Part shown: piece by piece, positions 47,547 through 57,137 of the stretch
Layout: every line of letters begins with the position of its first letter
How positions within the stretch are numbered: position 1 is the stretch's first letter
Assembly: GCA_903884815.1 (NCBI GenBank)
Contig: CAISGE010000015.1
Coordinates: 22,958 to 86,957 of the forward strand
Reading direction: 5' to 3'
Length of the DNA stretch: 64,000 nt
Source: Candidatus Omnitrophota bacterium
GTDB lineage: Bacteria; Omnitrophota; Omnitrophia; Omnitrophales; Aquincolibacteriaceae
The notes under the pieces: model-generated
The model's input: only the letters and a program-made list of their open reading frames with translations
Database searches by the model: none
What the model was told of the DNA's origin: nothing
Translations under genes and position numbers: made by a program

Positions 47547-50500
47547 AGACCATCCAGGCAAATAAAGTCATCGCGATCACGGTCGCGCTCAGTCTGGCAT
47601 TTTTCCAGATCGTCCCTGCCGGACTTGCCGCGGGGAAGACTAATCCCAGCGATTTGACTGCCCAGACGGGTGTGTCCGGTTCCGTTGATCCACTGGCCAA
47701 AACACAGGTGACGACACCGGCCGTGATTCCCGCCAATTTTTTGATGCACACAGGAGGGATTACTAAGGCGACCCCAACGACGATCCCGACGGCTGCCACC
47801 GTTGCCACGAATCTGTCGAGCAGGATCCCGGCTACGATCCGGGATTATGTCACGAAAGTTCAGGCCTTAGGATTCAAGGTAGAGGTAAGCGCGATCGCTA
47901 AAACTCAACCTCCGCAATATATCGTCAAGATGACTGATACGAAAAACTATGCCGTCACGCCGGTGGGGAACGTGAAAAGCGCCAGCATCACTCTGTTTGC
48001 CGACAGCACAGGGACTCTGCAGGTCCTTACGGAAAAGATCACCGTGACTTGCTACAGCGCCAAAGGCGGAGACACCCAGGTGAATGGCGAGCTTCTCTAT
48101 GAGGGCCTCCGGCAAATATCGGCCCAGCCCGCGTTCACCATGCTTCAGGTCAAAGTATCCAATAGCACAACCTCGGGCATGATGGTGACTTACCAGGGCT
48201 ATCAATACACGATCCAGCAGAGCAAGGACAAAAAGGTCACGACGGTCACTCCGATGATGCCCCTCGCCGTGACGAATCATATTACCTCGCTTCAGAATGC
48301 TGCGACCGGTTATACCGTGACCGCGGCTTACATCCCGGGGACTCATCCGCCGCAGTACCAGGTCGATGTCTCGGATAACAAGGCGTACTATGTTGCCCCG
48401 GTAGGGCCACTTTATGCGATGAGCTATATCCTCAGAGGCGACGGAATCGTGGACTCGAAATCCGTTTCGGCTGCGTATTACGGAATCCAGGATGACGCGA
48501 AAGTCGTCGGCCCGCTGCTTTACGAGGCGATGGGCGTCTGCCCCGAGGGACAGATATGCAAGATGGTGGCGACGAGTCCGATCGACCTTCTGAAGACACT
48601 GACGACGATCAGCGTTACAAAGGTCGAGACAAGCCCGATCTACACGGTCCATTTCACAACCACAGACGGAAAGTATTACAAGACCTACCGCGACGCGGCC
48701 GGGAAAGTGATCGTGATTGATGAAGTGGAGGCTTTACGCGCCCAGATTATGGCAAGCACCACGGCGGAGATCGTAAAGGTCATGGCCGAGCTCGCGGATC
48801 ATGAGGCAAAGCTTGCGCTTCAGCTTGCGGAATGGGAAAAGAATGTCACCCAACTGAAAGCGGATCTTGCGGCGGGGCGGGGGAACGCGGACGCAATCAG
48901 CGGGGCGGTCACGAGCTATCTGGATCAGGCAGGCGTCAGCGATGCTCTGAAAAATGAGATTCAGGGATATCTGACAAGGAGCGGAAGCTTGCTTGACGGG
49001 CTTAATGCCGCTGAAGAACAGTACGCGGCCTTTTTGAAGACGGGGGCCCGGACGACCGGGCTCGCGATAGACAACGCGAAGGCCTATCTTGCGGCTCTCC
49101 AGAATCACGAGGGGAAGGTCTCGGCCGCAAAAACAACCGAGGAATTAGCGTTGCTGACAGACCTGCCCGCCCGGAGGGCGCGGATGCCCAAAACAGTGAT
49201 GCCTCCTCCGGTGGAGGACCCGCGACTTGCTCTGAATGCGCTCGTCGAGGAAGGGAAGCTGTTAAAAGAAAAGCTGGAGGCCCTTCCGCCTCTCGCGGTC
49301 CGGGTGTTTTCGGCCCAGCTGAATACACTGCTGAACCCGGCCGGTGCAAAGAGCTTCAATATCACGGAACCGGCATTGCAGGCTGACGGGACTTATCTCG
49401 TAACCGTCAGCGACGACATTTCTCACTTGATCACGCCAACAAGTGGTTTTGAGAAAATGAGTTTCAACGTTGACGTGACGGGCAAGCTCATCCCCGCTTC
49501 GCTCGATGCTTCCTATTACGGCATCAAGCAAGTGGTCGACGGACAGCTGCTTTATGAAGGGATGAAGCTTATGGAAGAAACAGGAACCCCGGAGGGTGCG
49601 GAGGTCCGTGTCCTGGCCCGGATGGCGGCAGTCAGTGTCATCGCGGTGGTTGGTGACGCGATCTCTTTTTCTCTGACTGGAAAATATTACAAAATTTTCC
49701 GAGATGCGAATGAGCAGGTGAAGCTTGAAGCGGTGCAGACTCCGGTTACCCCGAAAATCTCTGATCAGCCCACTGGAAATCCAGAGCCGCCTCCCGCTCC
49801 GCCCGAGAGTAGTGTGGATGTTGCCACGATGCCTTTTGGGGACGGGGCAGTGGCGATCGTCAAGATCACCGATTTCCCAAGCAACAATGTTTCTTATTTC
49901 GCGAAGATCAGGGACACGAATGGCGTGGTGATCAAACAATATCAGATCGATCGCGGGGACTATACGCCTTCCGTCAGTAATTCTTCTTACGGAACTTATT
50001 ACACCTTGGCATTCAAAACCGTGGATGGAACCAGGGTCACGGTCCAACAGCTCTCAACAAGCACACCGAGCAGCACCATCGATGAAATGACCGTCGTCAA
50101 TTTCACAGGGATCGGGGATGTGTACGTCACGCAAAGTTATTCGCTCTCCCCTCAAGGACAGTGGGTCGAAACCTCTTACTCCCCAAGTTATTTTAAGACA
50201 GAAAGTGTCTGGAGTTCCAGATATAGCAGTTTGGTAAGCGTGCAATCGACTTACGTCATGGGGCCCAACGGTCTCGTCGTGAGGAACAAGAGCATCTATC
50301 CTTATTCCTATCCGGGCGGTGTTTTCACGTATCCGTTTATTCAGGAGATTACCTATGTGAATGGAGTCGCAGCCCGCGCCTCTATTTACGGATCGAATGC
50401 AACTTCGCCGGCCAATTACCTTTATTTCGACGGGTCGAAGGTCTCCGTGACCCTGGCAAGCGGTGCGCGGCAAGACTATCTCCTGAGTTCGCCGTCCATA

Positions 50501-51727
50501 GTGGAGGATTCCGAAGGTTTTGTGACGATCTCCGCGGACACAACGGTGAACGGCAAGAATTACAAGATTCAATTTGATAATGCCGGCGAGATTACGCTTT
50601 ACGAATACCCGGTTTTCGGGATTTCGGCATCCACCAAGCTCGGAGGAGCGGCCAATCTTTGGGTGAATGTCGGCGGGGATGGGAACGCAACCGTAGTCCT
50701 GGACGGCAACACCTACGCAGGGATCTTTGATCCGGTCACTAGATCGGTCTTTCTCTCCATCCCCGTCACTGGTGATGTACCCGCGCGCGAAATTTTCTTT
50801 GATTTCGAGAATGTGGACGGCGTGTACAGTCTGGTTTCTCTCTGGGATGCGACACTTTATTCAGCTTCCCTTGAAAGTGATCATGTTTATATGTTTAGGA
50901 GGGGTGAGGTGGTCCAGACGGTAGAGACGGAGGAATATTATTGGTACTTGTACACAAACAGCGTCCTGGAAGGCCAAGTTCTCCCATTGGGCGCGTATAA
51001 GTATGTGGATTCGATCACAGGCCGGAATGTATCCGGATCCATATTGTTGGTAAGTTCCGGAGACATCGCGCTGCCCCCCCCGACACTTCCCGATCAGGAG
51101 AACCTCCAGATCGTTCCGGACCCCTCGGGAGAAGGCTACCAGATCGAAGGGTCGGGTGTCATGGCCGGAGAGTCTTACGAGATCACGGGCCACGCCAGCG
51201 GAACGGATCCGGAAATGATCGGTATCCTGCTGACTTTTCGAGATGCCCAGGGACGTGTTGATCGGGAGGTCATGGAAATGCGAAGGCGAAGTGATGCGTC
51301 ATCCGAAGTGAACTATAATGAGATAATTTACTCGTTACCTACGGATATGACTTTCGAAGCAAGGCCCGCGACTGTCCCTTCCCCTGGCACAATTTCCCAG
51401 GATTATTCCGGAAATGTGCCTGTGTCAACCTGCGCTATATGTACGATTTCCACCGAAATACACGTCGCGGGCGGCTTTTGGGATCCCGTGGATGACTCAG
51501 TGCCAAAACATTCGAGACTTCCGTTTGGGATGCGTAATCCTCTTACCCCGGAACAAAGGCGTGCGGGCCGGGAAGAGTTTTACAAACTGCCCCTCAGAGT
51601 AGTGGCCGGACCTGTCGTCACCGTTGTCGAAGCCTGTCAAGCCGTAAAATCCGGATATAAACAAGCTGCATCGTTTTTTATGAGTGTATTGAAAGAAGCT
51701 GTGCAGAGCCCCACGCTCATTCCCTAA
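47543..51727 (+). CDS. giant secreted protein (1394 aa) with a novel ~90-aa module repeated three times, a central coiled coil, and Ser/Thr/Tyr-rich beta C-terminal half
   Basis: Signal peptide MKTIQANKVIAITVALSLAFFQIVPAGLAA. Repeat signature PPQY...YYG...G.LLYEGM at aa ~101-190, 247-330 and ~585-671. AAGGGGG RBS. Confidence 0.7.
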   Translation: MKTIQANKVIAITVALSLAFFQIVPAGLAAGKTNPSDLTAQTGVSGSVDPLAKTQVTTPAVIPANFLMHTGGITKATPTTIPTAATVATNLSSRIPATIRDYVTKVQALGFKVEVSAIAKTQPPQYIVKMTDTKNYAVTPVGNVKSASITLFADSTGTLQVLTEKITVTCYSAKGGDTQVNGELLYEGLRQISAQPAFTMLQVKVSNSTTSGMMVTYQGYQYTIQQSKDKKVTTVTPMMPLAVTNHITSLQNAATGYTVTAAYIPGTHPPQYQVDVSDNKAYYVAPVGPLYAMSYILRGDGIVDSKSVSAAYYGIQDDAKVVGPLLYEAMGVCPEGQICKMVATSPIDLLKTLTTISVTKVETSPIYTVHFTTTDGKYYKTYRDAAGKVIVIDEVEALRAQIMASTTAEIVKVMAELADHEAKLALQLAEWEKNVTQLKADLAAGRGNADAISGAVTSYLDQAGVSDALKNEIQGYLTRSGSLLDGLNAAEEQYAAFLKTGARTTGLAIDNAKAYLAALQNHEGKVSAAKTTEELALLTDLPARRARMPKTVMPPPVEDPRLALNALVEEGKLLKEKLEALPPLAVRVFSAQLNTLLNPAGAKSFNITEPALQADGTYLVTVSDDISHLITPTSGFEKMSFNVDVTGKLIPASLDASYYGIKQVVDGQLLYEGMKLMEETGTPEGAEVRVLARMAAVSVIAVVGDAISFSLTGKYYKIFRDANEQVKLEAVQTPVTPKISDQPTGNPEPPPAPPESSVDVATMPFGDGAVAIVKITDFPSNNVSYFAKIRDTNGVVIKQYQIDRGDYTPSVSNSSYGTYYTLAFKTVDGTRVTVQQLSTSTPSSTIDEMTVVNFTGIGDVYVTQSYSLSPQGQWVETSYSPSYFKTESVWSSRYSSLVSVQSTYVMGPNGLVVRNKSIYPYSYPGGVFTYPFIQEITYVNGVAARASIYGSNATSPANYLYFDGSKVSVTLASGARQDYLLSSPSIVEDSEGFVTISADTTVNGKNYKIQFDNAGEITLYEYPVFGISASTKLGGAANLWVNVGGDGNATVVLDGNTYAGIFDPVTRSVFLSIPVTGDVPAREIFFDFENVDGVYSLVSLWDATLYSASLESDHVYMFRRGEVVQTVETEEYYWYLYTNSVLEGQVLPLGAYKYVDSITGRNVSGSILLVSSGDIALPPPTLPDQENLQIVPDPSGEGYQIEGSGVMAGESYEITGHASGTDPEMIGILLTFRDAQGRVDREVMEMRRRSDASSEVNYNEIIYSLPTDMTFEARPATVPSPGTISQDYSGNVPVSTCAICTISTEIHVAGGFWDPVDDSVPKHSRLPFGMRNPLTPEQRRAGREEFYKLPLRVVAGPVVTVVEACQAVKSGYKQAASFFMSVLKEAVQSPTLIP

Positions 51728-51955
51728 CAGCCGAGCGTGAATTAACAGAACTCCGTCGGGGAAGTTCTGCGCAGCGTCGCACAGAGTTGATTTATAAGCA
51801 CCCTCAAACGATGGTCCCAAACAGAGAGCGCCCAGAGCGGCTGCCAGCCCCATGGCAAGCGTCCCCCAGGACGTTACTCGCGCCCGGGGCTCTTGCCACC
51901 GGCGAACTCAAGGCCTTCCAATCCGAAATCCTCCGCTTCTCCGGTGCACCCCGCC

Positions 51956-51982
51956 AATTCCGGGAATTGAATTCCCGGAATT
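51956..51982. repeat. perfect palindrome AATTCCGGGAATTGAATTCCCGGAATT (copy 2 of 3)
   Basis: Read directly. Flanked by CCAAT/ATTGG. Confidence 0.8.
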
Positions 51983-52053
51983 GATTGGTGGAGGGGATGG
52001 GGTTATAATGCGCGCGGATTCAAAACCACATTCATCCACGAAAGGAAAATATC

Positions 52054-52323
52054 ATGCGTAAACTTGTGATCGCGTTTTTTTCTTTAACGCTTATGGCGGG
52101 CAGTACGATGGCCTATGCCGCCGTTGATTGTACGAAAGATAACCCGGTCGATCAGGCGGGGGATTGGTTCGCGACGCTCGGCAAGAAGGGGATCGAGAAG
52201 GATCAGGTCCTGTCCGCGCGCAAAGGCGATCGCGTCATCGCCTGTACCAAGCGGGAAGCGGATAAGGCCATGAAGGCCGCTGGAAAAGCCGGCAATGGCA
52301 TGAAAAAGAAGCTCGGGTTCTAA
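52054..52323 (+). CDS. small secreted protein (89 aa)
   Basis: Signal peptide MRKLVIAFFSLTLMAGSTMAYA. Two Cys. Lys-rich. Confidence 0.45.
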   Translation: MRKLVIAFFSLTLMAGSTMAYAAVDCTKDNPVDQAGDWFATLGKKGIEKDQVLSARKGDRVIACTKREADKAMKAAGKAGNGMKKKLGF

Positions 52324-52415
52324 AGCCGAGGATCTCGTCTCCGATAAGTCCTTAAAAATGGCCTGGTCCAAAAGACCGGGCCATTTTTGTGAGCGGCGCC
52401 TGTCAGGCGGAAGTG

Positions 52416-55145
52416 CTATTTGCAACTCGGATTTTTTCTCTCAGTCATCGGGTCGCCGGTTTTTTCAATGGGGCCCTTGAGATCCGTGACTTGCGCGGGC
52501 GCTAGAAGGAGCGACCCCAGCTCGAAGTCCGCGTAAGGGTCAGAGACAGCGATATAGTTGAAGGTGTAGCGGATATAGGGAGGGATGGGGATCTCGTAGA
52601 TATGCCACTCCCGGTCCGGGGGGATAACGAGCGGGATCTTTTCCCCGAGGAGTTGGTCGGATTCATGTTTTAGTTCGATATGGAAGCATTGGCAGGCATT
52701 GTCCGTGGCGTTGCGGACTTTGATATAGATATACCGGAATTTCGAAAGATTCGTGTAAGGAATATACCCGCCGCGCCATCCCGAGCCGCCCGAAAAGCGG
52801 TAGGTCCCACGCAGCGCGTCCCTCTGGAAGGGAAGGTCGCCGTGGCTTAAGCGCCAGTACCGGATCAATTCCAGTTCCGTGTCATCCTGGGGATTATTCT
52901 TGTAGGGCGGTTCCGGAACGTCCGTGAACGGGAATTTTTTATAGAGGGCGATCTCTTTGAGAACGATCGTCCCTTCGCGGCCGCCCCGGCTCATTTCACC
53001 CAACAGGTAGCGCGGATCATGGATCGCCACCGAAATATAGTTGAAAGGCTTGTCATCCGATTCCGGGATTGGCGTGATTCTCTCTACGAAAGTCTTCCAT
53101 TTTCCATCCTGAGAGATTCGTCCCGGTTTGGCGGTATTCACGACCACGGTGGCAAGGGTGATGTCGTCACTTTTGATCTCAAGCTCGTAGATGCCAGGGG
53201 GATTGAGAAGCGGCAGAGTGAGCATCACATAGCGCATGTCCGCGATGCGAACGGCCTTGTCCACATAGGTTCCCCGGAAAGCCCACTGGTCAAAGTAGGC
53301 GTAATAAGCCGGGATCTCGAATTCGAATTGAAAGGGTTGGCCCGGCTGGATATCCTGCTCGAGCGTTTTCTGGCCGACGGAGCGGACATTTTTTCCGTGC
53401 AAATGTCCCGGCTGAAGATGGGCGATCACATCATAGATCTCGCCAGCATCGGGTGGTTTCTGGAAATTGACCTGGATCACCTCTTCGGGAGGCGCGGGAA
53501 ATGGCTTGGAGGGGAAAAAAATCGGCCGATTATCGCGCGTCGCCATCATTTGCTTGTACTTCGCGTGCATGAGATCGATCAGCTTGACGTTCATGGGGAT
53601 CCCGGTTCCGGGAACGGTGCGTTCGCGGAGGTATTTATTGATCTCGTCGACCACGCCTCCGCTGGAGGCCAGGAGGGTCATGCCCTTGGCGTCGGCGGTG
53701 AAAATGTCCGCATAGCCGTCCCGGCCCACGGATTCATAACCGCCGTACGGCGTGAGGAAATTTTTAAAAGCGTAGAACTTGATCAGCCAGGACGCACCCA
53801 CGGAAGGGGAGATCAGCATTGCCATGGCGGTCGCGAAAAGCACGGCCACGTCGGTCCTGTCCACTTTTTCATACGCGATCGAGTCGATCCCCATCTGTCG
53901 ATAGATCCCTTTGGGGTCATAAGCCGTGCTGATGAAACCCGGGAGGTGGTTTCTGTGGGCGTGGTCCGCTTGGGCGTAGAGATAATTTTGATAAAGCGGT
54001 GCAAGGGCCGATTCCATGAAAGGAAGGTAAGCGAGGGCCCAGTGCTCATGGAAGGAGGCCCGGAATCCCGCGAGGGTCGTGATCTTTTCCCCCGATTCGG
54101 TGATGTATTCGATCGTGGGGATTTCCAAGTTGTCCCAGGCCTCTTCCGGGATTTGGCCGTGAAGCACACCCCACAGCACGGCGAGGGTTCCCTCGAACAT
54201 GTCGTTTAGGTAGTAAGTCTTATCCCCGCTCCATTCGCGCGCTTCGGTGTCATATTGAATGGTGCCGTGAAGTAGCTTGAGCTTTGGATCGTAGAATTTT
54301 TTGTAGCTTTGCCCGTGAAGGAACTTTTGGGCCATGCTCGCGATCTTGCGGAGCTCCGGGTCACTTGAGTCCTCAAAAGCGGCGACGACGGCGGCCAGCG
54401 CCCAGGTCATTTGGCCGTTATCAAGCGAAGGGACTTTGGTGGAGGCCGGCGCAATCGTTCCGTTCGGACGGATGTCGACCCAAGGGAGAAATCCGCCGTA
54501 GTCGGGATATTTTTCGGAATAGTTCAAAAGAGTTCTGAGGGTCTGTCTCAACTTGACGGTAGCTTCTTCGGGGGTGATCTTTACCTGGCGAAGATAGGGA
54601 TTTTTCTGAATGATCTTCATAAGAAAAGGGATCATGAGAGAAAGCTTTGAGGCAGCGGTATAATTGCCGACCTCGCTGAGCAGGTTCTCCTTAAGCCGTA
54701 TCCGGATATGGTCATAAGGCATCCCGGTATGAGAGTCCATGCCGATACCCGCCTGAAAGTAAGCGGCCTCGGAGGGGATCAGTGTTTCTTCCAGAAAAAG
54801 ACGCGCGACATCGGAAAGCGGCTGGGTCTGGCTAAGGGTGTAAAAGTCTGGCTCCGAGACAATATAATCGGGCTCTCCCGTCAAGACCTCTTGCGGGCCC
54901 CGGATCATATTGGGCGGTAAGGGGCCTCGCAGCACGAGGGAGCCGGGTTTGTAATAGAGGGGCGCTGGTTTTTTCTCAGATGGCGCTCCGGGGGCTTCCT
55001 GTGTTGAGGGCTTGGGCAAGGGGATCTCCGGAGGTACGTCCAGGGTTGTATCCTTGGAGGGGGCGGCCCATCCGGTGGGAACATTCAATAGGAGGCTTGC
55101 GACAATCCAAAGACAGATTATTTTTTTTGGGTGTTTTTGGGCCAT
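52416..55145 (-). CDS. large secreted protein (909 aa), possible (alpha/alpha)6 glycoside-hydrolase-like domain
   Basis: Signal peptide MAQKHPKKIICLWIVASLLLNVPTGWA. Central region rich in W/Y, reminiscent of six-hairpin glycosidases. Weak. Confidence 0.45.
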   Translation of the reverse strand: MAQKHPKKIICLWIVASLLLNVPTGWAAPSKDTTLDVPPEIPLPKPSTQEAPGAPSEKKPAPLYYKPGSLVLRGPLPPNMIRGPQEVLTGEPDYIVSEPDFYTLSQTQPLSDVARLFLEETLIPSEAAYFQAGIGMDSHTGMPYDHIRIRLKENLLSEVGNYTAASKLSLMIPFLMKIIQKNPYLRQVKITPEEATVKLRQTLRTLLNYSEKYPDYGGFLPWVDIRPNGTIAPASTKVPSLDNGQMTWALAAVVAAFEDSSDPELRKIASMAQKFLHGQSYKKFYDPKLKLLHGTIQYDTEAREWSGDKTYYLNDMFEGTLAVLWGVLHGQIPEEAWDNLEIPTIEYITESGEKITTLAGFRASFHEHWALAYLPFMESALAPLYQNYLYAQADHAHRNHLPGFISTAYDPKGIYRQMGIDSIAYEKVDRTDVAVLFATAMAMLISPSVGASWLIKFYAFKNFLTPYGGYESVGRDGYADIFTADAKGMTLLASSGGVVDEINKYLRERTVPGTGIPMNVKLIDLMHAKYKQMMATRDNRPIFFPSKPFPAPPEEVIQVNFQKPPDAGEIYDVIAHLQPGHLHGKNVRSVGQKTLEQDIQPGQPFQFEFEIPAYYAYFDQWAFRGTYVDKAVRIADMRYVMLTLPLLNPPGIYELEIKSDDITLATVVVNTAKPGRISQDGKWKTFVERITPIPESDDKPFNYISVAIHDPRYLLGEMSRGGREGTIVLKEIALYKKFPFTDVPEPPYKNNPQDDTELELIRYWRLSHGDLPFQRDALRGTYRFSGGSGWRGGYIPYTNLSKFRYIYIKVRNATDNACQCFHIELKHESDQLLGEKIPLVIPPDREWHIYEIPIPPYIRYTFNYIAVSDPYADFELGSLLLAPAQVTDLKGPIEKTGDPMTERKNPSCK

Positions 55146-55258
55146 GAAAGTCCGTTTCCCTATGTTGAGAGATTCGAATTTTATCATGAGGCAAAGATCC
55201 GCGGGGGAAAACAATTTTTTCAGAATAAACCTCTCGATGGGGTAGAATCCATGGGCGC

Positions 55259-55287
55259 GGAACTTTTTGAGAGATGTTGAGGTCTAA
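55259..55287 (+). promoter_or_regulatory. ECF-type promoter GGAACTT-N17-TCTAA upstream of the ECF sigma gene (autoregulatory)
   Basis: Read directly. ATG 25 nt downstream. Confidence 0.6.
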
Positions 55288-55311
55288 GTTTTCAAGATCG
55301 GGAGAATATCC

Positions 55312-55959
55312 ATGCAAGAGATCGAGCGGGAACTGATCGTCAGGGCGGGGGAGGGGGACGCGGGAGCATTCCGGGAGATTTACCGGCGGGCGGCTGGGTA
55401 TGTCTACACCTTGGCGTACCGGGTCGTGAATACCAAGCCTGACGCGGAGGAAGTGACGCAAGATGTGTTCCTGAAGATACACCGGAGTCTTGGTTCTTTC
55501 AAGTTTGAGGCAGCGTTCAAAACCTGGCTTTACCGGATTACGCTCAATACGGCGCTGAATCACGCGAAGAAAAGAAGTCGCGTGACGCAACGCGAAGTCG
55601 AAGAAGTGTTTGAGGATCCGGCTACCGTGACCCAAGCCGATGCCAGGAAAGGTCTCGAAGCGGATGATACGGGGGTGCAATTGAAGGCTCTGCTTGATCA
55701 GCTGAATCCCGACCAAAGGGCTTGCATTGTTTCGCGGGAGATCGAAGGGATGGATTATCAGGGGATTGCCCGAAGTCTTGGGATCAACATCAATACGGTC
55801 CGTTCGAGGCTCAAAAGAGCCCGCGAGACCTTGATGGCCCTCGGGCAGACCCAATTCTCCATCGAAAAAAATGAAGGTCAATTGGGTCAGCCCTGGCAAC
55901 CTTCAGTGAAAAGAAGAGAGAAGCCAGGACAAAAGGAGGTAGTGAGTCATGGACTGTAA
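55312..55959 (+). CDS. ECF (RpoE-like) sigma-70 family sigma factor
   Basis: Region 2 DVTQDVFLKIHRSLGSF...WLYRITLN. Region 4 HTH. 215 aa. Confidence 0.85.
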   Translation: MQEIERELIVRAGEGDAGAFREIYRRAAGYVYTLAYRVVNTKPDAEEVTQDVFLKIHRSLGSFKFEAAFKTWLYRITLNTALNHAKKRSRVTQREVEEVFEDPATVTQADARKGLEADDTGVQLKALLDQLNPDQRACIVSREIEGMDYQGIARSLGININTVRSRLKRARETLMALGQTQFSIEKNEGQLGQPWQPSVKRREKPGQKEVVSHGL

Positions 55960-56446
55960 AAAATTGAAGGACCGTCTTTTGACGGATTATCTCGACAAGG
56001 AGCTTGGAGCGATTGAGCGCGCGAGTGTGGACGGACACCTGGCCGGATGCTCGGCGTGCCGGGGGTTCTTTCGGAATCTTCAAGAGAGTGCTGTTGCGCC
56101 GTTTAAAGGGGTTCCAGAGATCCAACCGGATGAGATCGTTTGGCGCCGCATCCAAGAACAGATTGCGGCGGAAAGTGCGCATGCTTCGGGTGGATTTTGG
56201 GGACTTGTGGATCTTTTAGTATCCCGCTTTCCGTTACCCGTTCCCATGATGCGTGTGGCTTTCGTTACAGCGCTTGTTCTGGTGACTGTGGTGCTCGCGA
56301 GGTGGCCGTCCGGGTCTATACATCCGGCTTATGCCTACGTGGAAGAGCAGATGACGTTCATGAACGAATTGGGTGCCGGCAATACCGAGCTCATGAACGG
56401 AGAGCTGAAGGATTACGAGACTACTTATGAAGAAATAGGCCGTTAA
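55949..56446 (+). CDS. anti-sigma factor (ZAS-type, single TM)
   Basis: HLAGCSACRGFF zinc-binding anti-sigma motif. TM at ~aa 85-105. 11-nt overlap with the sigma gene. Confidence 0.7.
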   Translation: MDCKKLKDRLLTDYLDKELGAIERASVDGHLAGCSACRGFFRNLQESAVAPFKGVPEIQPDEIVWRRIQEQIAAESAHASGGFWGLVDLLVSRFPLPVPMMRVAFVTALVLVTVVLARWPSGSIHPAYAYVEEQMTFMNELGAGNTELMNGELKDYETTYEEIGR

Positions 56447-56447
56447 A

Positions 56448-56476
56448 GGAACTTTTGAATTTAATCTGGGGTCTAA
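56448..56476 (+). promoter_or_regulatory. second ECF-type promoter GGAACTT-N17-TCTAA upstream of the Spy/CpxP-like gene
   Basis: Identical -35/-10 and spacer length as at 55259. Confidence 0.6.
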
Positions 56477-56500
56477 CCAAGTAAAAGGGAGGGAATCAAA

Positions 56501-57016
56501 ATGGAAAACAAACTCACGAAGCTCATAGCGGTTTTAGCAGTTCTTGGGTTGATGGCGACGGGGCCTTTGGCCTATGCCGGATCCGAGGGAGAAGGTCAGA
56601 CGAGTGGAAAAAGCTGGGGACACGGTAAGGGGCAGAGCCCGGATTTTTTCAAGGAATTGAATCTGACCGCGGAGCAGAAGGAAAAGTTGAAGGCCCAGCG
56701 CGAAGGGAAAAAAGATGAGCGTAAGGCACTGCGCGAGCAGATGAAGACGAAAATGCAGGCGCTTCACGAAGCCATCTCCAAGCCGGCGACGAAACGCGCA
56801 GATGTGAACGGGCTTGTCGGCGAGGTGAACGCGATCAAGGGGCAGATGTTCGCCCAGAAGATCGACGGTATTTTCGCGATGAAAGAGGTTTTGACGCCCG
56901 AGCAGTTCGCGAAAATGCAGGCGCAGCACAAGGCTCGGATGGACAAGATGCAAGACGGGAAGGGCAGGCATCAAGGGGGATCTGAAGGCGAGGAACCCGA
57001 GATGGAGAAAAACTAG
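56501..57016 (+). CDS. periplasmic Spy/CpxP-family (LTXXQ motif) protein
   Basis: Signal peptide. Two LTxxQ motifs (LTAEQKEKL, LTPEQFAKM). Confidence 0.7.
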   Translation: MENKLTKLIAVLAVLGLMATGPLAYAGSEGEGQTSGKSWGHGKGQSPDFFKELNLTAEQKEKLKAQREGKKDERKALREQMKTKMQALHEAISKPATKRADVNGLVGEVNAIKGQMFAQKIDGIFAMKEVLTPEQFAKMQAQHKARMDKMQDGKGRHQGGSEGEEPEMEKN

Positions 57017-57030
57017 ATCCGGATCTTGCG

Positions 57031-57067
57031 TTTGACACCCGGCGGCGAGCATGGCCCCGGGTGTCAA
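57031..57067 (+). terminator. hairpin TTGACACCCGG-N14-CCGGGTGTCAA after the Spy-like gene
   Basis: Perfect 11-bp inverted repeat. Related to the ACACCGGGTGT palindromes. Confidence 0.5.
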
Positions 57068-57137
57068 CCCGTGTTTTAGGATGCTTTCTGAAGGGCTTTC
57101 CCGGTGAATTCCAAACAAATCTTTTTTGTCATGCCTC

